From the NCBI GenBank assembly GCA_030705725.1, contig JAUZPW010000001.1, forward strand, positions 1 through 26,525: a stretch of 26,525 nucleotides of DNA, read 5' to 3'. Each line of letters begins with the position of its first letter. The first letter of the stretch is position 1. A model generated the notes under the pieces. It made no database searches. It was not told where the DNA came from and was given only the letters and a program-made list of their open reading frames with translations. Both the position numbers and the translations under genes were made by a program. The stretch comes from Bacillota bacterium. GTDB taxonomy: Bacteria; Bacillota; Clostridia; Oscillospirales; Butyricicoccaceae. Below, piece after piece: positions 16,456 through 23,486 of the stretch.

Positions 16456-17433
16456 TCAGCGTTCCTCGCGGAAATAGTTATAGCCGCAGCTTTGCGGTAT
16501 TCGATGCTCGCGGGACTGGCGAATGCTGGTGGCCACAAGGACAACCACGGTTGCGGCATACGGAAGCGTGCCGTAAATCTGCATCGGAATTCCGAGCGGA
16601 AGATAAAGTCGTAAAATTGACAGCCCGCCGAAAACGAGCGAACCTAAAAGCGCTCTGGACGGATTCCAAGTTGCGAAGATAACCAGAGCAACGGCAATCC
16701 ACCCCATGCCGTTAATGCAGTTATGCACCCAGATTCCGGAGCACGTCACCATAACCACATACATCCCGCCTATTCCGCAGATGCCTCCGCCGACGCAGGT
16801 CGCGATATACTTGAAAAGAGTAACGTTTATGCCCGCGGCGTCGGCCGTCGCGGGATTTTCCCCTACCGCGCGCAAATTTAACCCCGCCCTCGTTTTGTTT
16901 AATAAATAAGCCATAGCGGCGGCAATTATAACTCCCAGATAAACTAGAATGTTGTAGTTGAAGAGCAGTTTGCCGAAAAACGGGATAGAAGAAAGCCCCG
17001 GTATGCTGATTCCCAAAAAAGCATCCTTTATTTTGTTTCCGACGCCGGCATAGCCGCTGGCGGTGGTATTCGCCATGACCTCGCCGAAGAAGTTCCCGAA
17101 TCCCGCGCCGAAGATAGTAAGCGCGAGGCCTGTGACATTCTGATTTGCTCTCATGGTTACCGTAAGGAAGCTGTATATAAGCGCTCCGAAAGCGCCGGAG
17201 AAAAAGGCGCATATAACCGCAATAAGTACGGCCAGGGCTCCGGAAGGAGCAGTTACGAATTTTTCATAATAGAAGGCTCCCGCAAGGCCCGCTACGCCGC
17301 CCATAAACATCATGCCCTCGACGCCCAGGTTCAGATTTCCTGATTTTTCTGTAAGAATCTCTCCGAGCGTTCCGAAAAGAAGCGGGGTCCCCGCAAGCAC
17401 GGCGGCATAAAGCAAATTTATGAGCTTATCCAT
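16456..17433 (-). CDS. Purine/nucleoside ABC transporter permease (CUT2; NupQ/YufQ-like)
   Basis: TPLLFGTLGEILTEKSGNLNLGVEG, GLNLRAVGENPATADAAGINV, GMGWIAVALVIFATWNP; start 17433 behind GAAAGGAG, overlapping the upstream stop. Confidence 0.88.
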   Translation of the reverse strand: MDKLINLLYAAVLAGTPLLFGTLGEILTEKSGNLNLGVEGMMFMGGVAGLAGAFYYEKFVTAPSGALAVLIAVICAFFSGAFGALIYSFLTVTMRANQNVTGLALTIFGAGFGNFFGEVMANTTASGYAGVGNKIKDAFLGISIPGLSSIPFFGKLLFNYNILVYLGVIIAAAMAYLLNKTRAGLNLRAVGENPATADAAGINVTLFKYIATCVGGGICGIGGMYVVMVTCSGIWVHNCINGMGWIAVALVIFATWNPSRALLGSLVFGGLSILRLYLPLGIPMQIYGTLPYAATVVVLVATSIRQSREHRIPQSCGYNYFREER

Positions 17434-18538
17434 TGCTGCGCTCCTTTCTGCCTTTGAAAACAAGCCTGTAATTAATAAAGAATTCGCAGCCCAGCATAAA
17501 AAACAGTATAACTCCGGTCAAAACCTCCGCGGCCGAAGCCGGAATCTTAAAAGTTGTCTGTATGCGGTTCGCACCTTTTTCAAGTATTGCAAGCGCGAAA
17601 GACACAAATATCATAATAATGGGGTTGAGCTTTGAAAGCCAGGCAACCGTGATGGCCGTAAACCCTACTCCTCCGGCCGTGTTTTCCGTAAGCGTAAAGT
17701 CCGAGCCCGAAACCTGCATAAAGCCCGTAATCCCGGCGATAGCTCCCGAAATAAACATGGTCCGGATAATAATTTTCGAAACATTCATACCCGCGTACCG
17801 CGCCGTGTTTGTGCTTTCGCCAACGACCGCCGTTTCAAACCCCTGCTTTGAGTGCGTAAGATAAATATATGCCGCAGCCGCGAGCAGGATGGCTAAAACC
17901 CATCCGATATGTACGCCGAAAAGCTTCGGGAGTTTAGCCTCTGCGGTAAACATAGAGATTTTCGGAAAACCGCTTCTTGGATTTTTCCAGGGGCCGTTTT
18001 GCAGATATTGCTCGATCCCCAAAGCAATGTAGTTAAGCATCAGGGTGAAAAGCGTCTCGTTTGTATCCCATTTTGCCTTAAAGAAAGCGGGAATAAGCCC
18101 CCAAATGCCTCCTGCGACAATAGCGGCTATACACATAACGATAAGCAAAAGCCAATGCGGCATTGATTTATATTGAAAAAGTGCGAAATAAGCCGCCCCC
18201 ATAGCTCCCGCCAGAATCTGGCCCTCGGCCCCGATGTTCCAGAAACGCATCCTGAAAGCCAGCGCGACAGCAATTGCCGCGCTTAAAAGCGGAACAGCGG
18301 TTTTTACGGTTTCCTTAAAGACCGTTTTGGTGCCGAGCGCACCCTTGAGCATATCGGCATATACGTAAAACGGATTGTGGCCGAGAGTAATAATGAGCAA
18401 AGCTCCGGTAAAAAGAGCAAGAACCACGGCGGCTGACCTTATAAGTGCCGCATTTCTTCTTGAAATATCGGCGCGCTTCGTTATTCTGATAAAAGGTTCT
18501 TTCCGGCTGTTATCAGGCTGAGAGGCTAATGGTCTCAT
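17426..18538 (-). CDS. Purine/nucleoside ABC transporter permease (CUT2; NupP/YufP-like)
   Basis: FWNIGAEGQ, TNETLFTLMLNY, GFETAVVGESTNTARYAGMN, GVGFTAITVAWL; ATGA coupling to the ATPase. Confidence 0.88.
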   Translation of the reverse strand: MRPLASQPDNSRKEPFIRITKRADISRRNAALIRSAAVVLALFTGALLIITLGHNPFYVYADMLKGALGTKTVFKETVKTAVPLLSAAIAVALAFRMRFWNIGAEGQILAGAMGAAYFALFQYKSMPHWLLLIVMCIAAIVAGGIWGLIPAFFKAKWDTNETLFTLMLNYIALGIEQYLQNGPWKNPRSGFPKISMFTAEAKLPKLFGVHIGWVLAILLAAAAYIYLTHSKQGFETAVVGESTNTARYAGMNVSKIIIRTMFISGAIAGITGFMQVSGSDFTLTENTAGGVGFTAITVAWLSKLNPIIMIFVSFALAILEKGANRIQTTFKIPASAAEVLTGVILFFMLGCEFFINYRLVFKGRKERSNG

Positions 18539-20082
18539 AAATCAGCCTCCTTTAGCGCGTCGATATGCGTCATCTTAAGTCCGATTTCTTCCTTAGTAGC
18601 CTGAGAGGCGTCCAAAATGCCGCTTACTCTGCCGCCGCAAAGCACGATAATCCAGTCGCAAAGCTCAAGCAGCACGTCCAAGTCCTCGCCGATATAAAGA
18701 ACGGCGACTCCTTTTTTCTTTTGCTCGTTTAATAAGTCGTAAATCCTGTATGACGAATTTATATCAAGGCCCCTTACGGGGTAAGCTGCGATAAGCACCA
18801 TCGGTTTGGATGCGATCTCCCTGCCAAGCAGCACCTTCTGAACATTTCCGCCGGATAAAAGCCGCACCGGCGCGTTTAATCCGGGAGTCACGATCTCAAG
18901 GCTCCCCACTATATCCTTAGCAAGCGCCCGAGGCGTTTTTCTGTCTAAAAAAGGCCCTTTACCGATTTTATAGCTTTTTAGCATTGTATTGTCTACAATG
19001 TCCATTGAGGCGACAAGCCCCATTCCCAGCCGGTCTTCGGGGACAAACGCCATGGAGATTCCGCTGCGGATTATCTCGGTCGGAGTAAGCCCCACTATAT
19101 TCAGGTTCTCCCCTTCTGGCCTGCTTAAGCAAATTGCTCCCTGCTGAACGGGACAAAGCCCGGTTATAGCTTCGCAAAGCTCCTTCTGGCCGCTTCCGGC
19201 AATTCCGGCCACACCCATGATTTCACCGCTGCGAAGAGTGAAGCTTACATTGTCGAGAGCCTTAATTCCGTCGGAATTAAGGCAGGTTAACCCTTCTATT
19301 TTAAGCGCCTCCTGCCCGTTTTCTGCGGGCTGCGGGCGGTTTATCTTCAAACTTACGGCATGCCCCACCATCATTTCGGTCAGGTTCTGCCGGTTCGCAT
19401 CCTTTGTTTCAACCGTGCCGACGACCTGCCCTTTGCGCAGAATCGCCACGCGGTCGGACACGGACAGCACCTCGTGCATTTTGTGAGTAATTATTATGAT
19501 TGCTTTATTGTCCGCCTTCATTTTCCGGAGGACGTCGAAAAGCCTGTCGGTCTCCTGAGGCGTGAGCACCGCCGTAGGCTCGTCAAGTATCAAAATGTCT
19601 GCTCCCCGGTAAAGCACCTTTATAATCTCCACCGTCTGCTTTTCGCTTACGGACATATTGTATATTTTTTTGTTCGGGTCTACCCGGAAGCCATACTTCT
19701 GACTGATTTCGCGTATCTCTCCGGCAAGCGCGGCCCTGTTTATCTTTGCTTTGCCGGGCAGGCCGAGAATAATGTTTTCAGCCGCCGTAAGCACGTCGAC
19801 GAGCTTGAAATGCTGGTGAATCATTCCGATTCCAAGAGAAAAAGCATCTTTTGGGGAGCCTATTCTTACTTCCTGGCCGTTTACGAATATCTGCCCTTCA
19901 TCCGGATAATAAATGCCGGAAAGCATATTCATCAGCGTGGTTTTCCCGCTGCCGTTCTCGCCCAAAAGCGCGAGTATTTCGCCCCTGCGCACTTCAAGGC
20001 TTACTTTATCGTTTGCGACTACACGGCCGAACCGTTTAACGACATTACTAAGCAATACTGCGGTTTCTGTTTGCTTTACCAA
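18535..20082 (-). CDS. Purine/nucleoside ABC transporter ATP-binding protein with two NBDs (NupO/YufO-like)
   Basis: Walker A GENGSGKT, ILILDEPTAVL, degenerate second Walker A GIAGSGQKE, LSGGNVQK. Start taken as TTG 20082 behind AAGGGGGG; ATG 20100 is the alternative. Confidence 0.9.
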   Translation of the reverse strand: MVKQTETAVLLSNVVKRFGRVVANDKVSLEVRRGEILALLGENGSGKTTLMNMLSGIYYPDEGQIFVNGQEVRIGSPKDAFSLGIGMIHQHFKLVDVLTAAENIILGLPGKAKINRAALAGEIREISQKYGFRVDPNKKIYNMSVSEKQTVEIIKVLYRGADILILDEPTAVLTPQETDRLFDVLRKMKADNKAIIIITHKMHEVLSVSDRVAILRKGQVVGTVETKDANRQNLTEMMVGHAVSLKINRPQPAENGQEALKIEGLTCLNSDGIKALDNVSFTLRSGEIMGVAGIAGSGQKELCEAITGLCPVQQGAICLSRPEGENLNIVGLTPTEIIRSGISMAFVPEDRLGMGLVASMDIVDNTMLKSYKIGKGPFLDRKTPRALAKDIVGSLEIVTPGLNAPVRLLSGGNVQKVLLGREIASKPMVLIAAYPVRGLDINSSYRIYDLLNEQKKKGVAVLYIGEDLDVLLELCDWIIVLCGGRVSGILDASQATKEEIGLKMTHIDALKEADL

Positions 20083-20114
20083 AAGACACCCCCCCTTCAT
20101 AATGCTTTATAGCC

Positions 20115-20145
20115 CGGAACGAGAACGTAAAACGTTCTCGTTCCG
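20115..20145. repeat. 14-bp perfect inverted repeat between bmp and the ATPase gene (stem-loop without U-tract)
   Basis: CGGAACGAGAACGT-aaa-ACGTTCTCGTTCCG. Confidence 0.7.
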
Positions 20146-20156
20146 AACACGGTTAT

Positions 20157-21326
20157 TTACTGGCTTACAACAGTAATGCCTTTAAGAACCTTGTCAAACT
20201 TGGGAGCGCTGCCCGGATCTTCATAGGTTTCGCCCGACTTCACAACTTCGGTTCCATTGTTGTCGTAAAGCGGTCCCGTAAATACGTCCCAGCCGCCGAG
20301 GATTTTATCTCTTGCTTTCTTGATGGCGTCGGCTGTCCCGCCGGCAACCGTGGCTTCGTTCAGCGCCGATACGTCTACAACGCCCTCGGCCAGTCCCTGT
20401 GACCAGTCGGCGGGGATAGTTTCACCGTTAACAACGCTTTTTACCGCATAAGTCAGATAAACGCTCCAGTCCCATACGGCCGAGGTTAAAACGGCTTTCG
20501 GGGCGGCGGCTATCATATCGGAGTTGTACCCTACGCCCCAGATCCCTTTGGACTCTGCCGTGGTCTGGGTTGCGGTGCTGTCGCAGTGCTGGCCTAAAAC
20601 GTCGCATCCCCTGTCGATAAGCGCCTGAGCCGCCTGGGATTCAGCCGTCGGATTATTCCAGCTGTTCGTATAAATAACGTCCATTGTCACCTTGGGGTTA
20701 ACCGAAAGAGCGCCGAGATAGAAAGAGTCGAAGCCGCTGATGCACTCCGCGAAAGGCTGTGCGGAAACATATCCGAGCTTGTTTGTCTTTGTTTTTAACC
20801 CGGCGGCTATGCCCGAAAGGTAGCGCGCCTGATAGATCTTGCCGAAATAGTTGTGCACGTTTTTAAGGCCGGAGCTTGCGGCCTGAAAGCCTGTTGCATG
20901 GCAGAACTGAATATTCGGATACTCGGCGGCAACCGCAAGCACATAGTCCTCGAAGCCGAAGCTGGTAGCAAAAATAATGTTGCAGCCTTGCTCAGCCAGC
21001 TCGCGAAGCGCGCTTTCGCAGGAATCGTCCTCCTTGATATTATACTTGTTGACGATCTGATCATCTCGGAGATTAAGGTTTTTCTGCATTTTTTTGGTAC
21101 CAAGATCATGGTTATATGTATAACCCTTGTCGCTGGGGTCTGAGATATGGACAAAACCGATCTTGATGTTGTCAAGCGTAACCTTACCTGCGGGTTGAGT
21201 GCCCTGTGCGGAGCCTGACGCTGTATTGGTGTCTGCCGAAGAACTGGTTTGGGCCTTCTTGCCGGAGCATGCCGCGAAGGATAGTACCATTGCAAGAACT
21301 AAAACAATTGCCAGTGGCTTTCTCAT
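20157..21326 (-). CDS. BMP-family ABC substrate-binding lipoprotein (purine/nucleoside)
   Basis: Signal MRKPLAIVLVLAMVLSFAA-C20 (lipobox); DKGYTYNHDLG, NIIFATSFGF, YQARYLSGIAAG, CDVLGQH; start 21326 behind GGAG. Confidence 0.9.
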   Translation of the reverse strand: MRKPLAIVLVLAMVLSFAACSGKKAQTSSSADTNTASGSAQGTQPAGKVTLDNIKIGFVHISDPSDKGYTYNHDLGTKKMQKNLNLRDDQIVNKYNIKEDDSCESALRELAEQGCNIIFATSFGFEDYVLAVAAEYPNIQFCHATGFQAASSGLKNVHNYFGKIYQARYLSGIAAGLKTKTNKLGYVSAQPFAECISGFDSFYLGALSVNPKVTMDVIYTNSWNNPTAESQAAQALIDRGCDVLGQHCDSTATQTTAESKGIWGVGYNSDMIAAAPKAVLTSAVWDWSVYLTYAVKSVVNGETIPADWSQGLAEGVVDVSALNEATVAGGTADAIKKARDKILGGWDVFTGPLYDNNGTEVVKSGETYEDPGSAPKFDKVLKGITVVSQ

Positions 21327-21451
21327 TTCATCATCTCCAAATTTATTTACGCCGCGAAAAGCAGCGTTAATTCTTCTTTTTTGTCTGGAAACTCTCCACA
21401 AAAAAATTAAAAACTGCCAAAATATACGTCATAGTGCTTCACGAAGACATG

Positions 21452-21521
21452 AAGACTTATAGACAACTATTTACGGTAGTTTGTAGAAACGCTCAACCAA
21501 TTTTGGGCATATATAAATCCC
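21452..21521 (-). ncRNA. Purine riboswitch aptamer, guanine-type (C74)
   Basis: Minus strand GGGATTTATA-TAT-GCCCAA-AATTGG-TTGAGC-GTTTCTAC-AAACTA-CCGTAAA-TAGTTG-TC-TATAAGTCTT: 10-bp P1, conserved J2/3 GUUUCUAC, L3 CCGUAAA, L2 ending in GG, U22/U47/U51/C74; upstream of purine transport and catabolism genes. Confidence 0.9.
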
Positions 21522-21542
21522 GATAATATTCTGTTTGTTTCA

Positions 21543-21571
21543 ATTGTACTATTTATTTTTATTTAATGCAA
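21543..21571 (-). promoter_or_regulatory. sigma-A promoter for the riboswitch-bmp-ABC-guaD-xdh operon
   Basis: Minus strand TTGCAT (21571-21566), 17 nt, TACAAT (21548-21543); predicted TSS near 21536, about 15 nt before P1. Confidence 0.7.
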
Positions 21572-21588
21572 TATTTTATTCATGGGCA

Positions 21589-21625
21589 ATACAAATTCTT
21601 TTTGCTATCCAAAAAATTTTTGTAT
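21589..21625. promoter_or_regulatory. Candidate tandem operator (second copy)
   Basis: ATACAAATTCTTTTTGCTATCCAAAAAATTTTTGTAT; 21607-21625 is a near-perfect 19-bp palindrome; 17 bp upstream of the -35. Confidence 0.5.
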
Positions 21626-21645
21626 TTTCTGTGTATGTCACCCGG

Positions 21646-22281
21646 TCATTCAATATTTCCGGCGCGCGGCAAATTCCATTTGAAGTATGCGGATAAAAAT
21701 CGAAGCAGAACAATTACCGCAATGCCTGTAAGCATTGAGAAGGTGCTGCCCGCGTTATGCCACATTAATACGCATATGACGGCGCCGGCGATTGAAGCGC
21801 AGGCGTAGACGTGCTTTACAAATATGTACGGCGTGTTGCCGGCGAGCAGGTCGCGCAGGACTCCGCCGCCCACGCCGGTTATAACGCCGACAAACACCAG
21901 TAAAAAACAGTTAAAACCGTTCGATTTTTCATACGCGGTATAAATCCCCGTGACGGTAAACACTCCAAGTCCCAGAGTATCCATTATAAATAAAATTCTC
22001 TCGTATATGGTGCGGTTGCGGGTTAAATATTTGTTTGCCCCAGGTATAAATATTAATATTGCCGTGAATATGGAAATCAACGCGTATACAGGGTTTTGAA
22101 AAGTTTTCGGCGGCGTTATCCCCAAAGTCAGGTCTCTGATGATGCCGCCGCCCACGGCGGTCGTCAGTCCCAGGATCACGACTCCGAAAATATCCATTTT
22201 CTTTTTCAAGCCCGTCATTGCTCCTGAAAAAGTGAATGCAACGGTTCCGACGATCTCAAGCAAAAAAATCAAGGTTTCCAT
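21646..22281 (-). CDS. TRIC / UPF0126 (YadS/YicG-like) membrane protein, putative glycine transporter
   Basis: Internally repeated GTVAFTFSGA...TAVGGGIIRD and DTLGLGVFT...TGVGGGVLRD; about 211 aa from ATG 22281 (RBS GGAG); preceded by a glycine riboswitch. Confidence 0.88.
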   Translation of the reverse strand: METLIFLLEIVGTVAFTFSGAMTGLKKKMDIFGVVILGLTTAVGGGIIRDLTLGITPPKTFQNPVYALISIFTAILIFIPGANKYLTRNRTIYERILFIMDTLGLGVFTVTGIYTAYEKSNGFNCFLLVFVGVITGVGGGVLRDLLAGNTPYIFVKHVYACASIAGAVICVLMWHNAGSTFSMLTGIAVIVLLRFLSAYFKWNLPRAGNIE

Positions 22282-22296
22282 ATCTTTTTCTCCAAT

Positions 22297-22338
22297 AAAA
22301 AAGCACATCGGTACTAAATATAGTGTACGCGATGTGCT
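22297..22338 (-). terminator. Intrinsic terminator of the glycine riboswitch expression platform
   Basis: Minus strand AGCACATCG-c-GTAC...GTAC-CGATGTGCT followed by a T-run; the 5' arm overlaps the 3' strand of aptamer-II P1. Confidence 0.8.
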
Positions 22339-22496
22339 CTGTCTTGGTACCTGAAAGATTCTTTTGCATAAAAACAAAATTACTTCGTCGGTGCATCAAA
22401 TGCTTTCCAGAGCTCTGTCCGGATTCAGTCCTTTTACCTGAGAGTTTCTGCCCCTTCGGTGCTTCCCGCTGAAAGTCTCTCCCGAATCCATCATCC
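22336..22496 (-). ncRNA. Tandem glycine riboswitch with leader-linker (kink-turn) element
   Basis: Minus strand leader GGATGA; aptamer I P1 GGATTC/GAATCC with GGGAGAG, CACCGAAGGGGCA, CTCTCAGG, AAAAGGAC; linker GGAC; aptamer II P1 GCTCTG/CAGAGC with GGAAAG, CACCGACGAAG, TCTTTCAGG. Confidence 0.92.
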
Positions 22497-22508
22497 ATAT
22501 TTGAAATT

Positions 22509-22537
22509 ATGATAATATATTTTTATTTAAATGTCAA
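22509..22537 (-). promoter_or_regulatory. sigma-A promoter for the glycine riboswitch-TRIC unit
   Basis: Minus strand TTGACA (22537-22532), 17 nt, TATCAT (22514-22509), just upstream of the riboswitch leader. Confidence 0.7.
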
Positions 22538-22663
22538 ATTTTATATAATATAATATTGTTTGTTTACTTATAAGAAGCTCTATTACTGTTGCTGCTATTT
22601 GCAGCTTTTTCTTTTATAATATCTGTGGTATATTAAAAAACAAACTCTGAAAGGATAATCGCT

Positions 22664-23410
22664 ATGGAATGCATCAAAATATTGCCGCTCAGCTTTCGTT
22701 CCGAAGGCGAAAAAGCAAGGATATACCCGGCTGTGTTAAAAGACGCAAACGGCCTTACGCTGGTTGACTGCGGCTGTCCGCAGCATCTGCCCGAAATAGA
22801 AAAGGTTATGGAACAGGCAGGTCTAAAAATCAATGAAATCGTCAGGATAATTATTACGCACCATGATTACGATCACATGGGCGCATTAAAGGAAATAACG
22901 GAAAAGTACGGCGGAATAGAAGTTTTCTGTTCTGAGGCTCAGAAACCTTTTGTTACGGGCAAAGCAAAATCCCTGCGGCTTATCCAGGCGGAGGAAAAAG
23001 AAAAGTATCTGACCGACGCGCAGAAAAAAGAAAGCAAAGTATTCATGGATATGCTGAAATCAGTTAAAACCGTCGATTCCGCATCATCCGTAAACAGCGG
23101 CGATATTCTGCCTGTGTGCGGCGGCCTTCAGGTAATCGATACAAGCGGACACATGCCCGGCCATATAAGCCTGTACTCTATCCGGGAAAAGACTTTGATT
23201 GCGGGGGACGCGCTGAGTATTTATAACGGAAAGCTGAATATTCCGCACCCTGAATATACAATGGATATGCCGATGGCGCTTAAATCCATTGAAAAGCTTA
23301 TAAATTTAGACATTGAGAAAATAATCTGCTACCACGGCGGAATATATGCCGACAGCGCGAATAATATCAGGTCCGATTTTGAGAAAATAGTAAGTAATAA
23401 TAGAGCTTAG
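22664..23410 (+). CDS. MBL-fold metallo-hydrolase, substrate unknown
   Basis: LVDCG, ITHHDYDHMG (HxHxDH), TSGHMPGH, AGDA, CYHG. Confidence 0.85.
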   Translation: MECIKILPLSFRSEGEKARIYPAVLKDANGLTLVDCGCPQHLPEIEKVMEQAGLKINEIVRIIITHHDYDHMGALKEITEKYGGIEVFCSEAQKPFVTGKAKSLRLIQAEEKEKYLTDAQKKESKVFMDMLKSVKTVDSASSVNSGDILPVCGGLQVIDTSGHMPGHISLYSIREKTLIAGDALSIYNGKLNIPHPEYTMDMPMALKSIEKLINLDIEKIICYHGGIYADSANNIRSDFEKIVSNNRA

Positions 23411-23415
23411 TTTTT

Positions 23416-23464
23416 ACGAACAATGGGGGCTATTTTTAAAACGGCTCCCATCGTTCGTTTTTTT
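23416..23464 (+). terminator. Intrinsic terminator after the MBL hydrolase gene
   Basis: ACGAACAATGGGGGCT...GGCTCCCATCGTTCGT followed by a T-run; between convergent genes. Confidence 0.65.
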
Positions 23465-23486
23465 ATAAGGTTAAGGACTAAATCGT

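Noticed and set aside
19360-20112. 250-aa plus-strand ORF
   Set aside because: It is antisense to the ABC ATPase, a common artefact opposite conserved NBD genes.
8015-21648. Selenocysteine (UGA) recoding in this selenium-associated neighbourhood
   Set aside because: The TGA stops of the DCCP, desulfurase, guaD, permease, ATPase and TRIC genes fall at family-typical C-termini, and no gene is split by an internal TGA. Any selenium here would be a labile cofactor.
9870-22377. Long N-terminal extensions in the ORF track (desulfurase 9870, guaD 16392, permease 17463, BMP 21401, TRIC 22377)
   Set aside because: They overlap neighbouring genes, promoters or riboswitches. Downstream starts have clear RBSs and match family N-termini.
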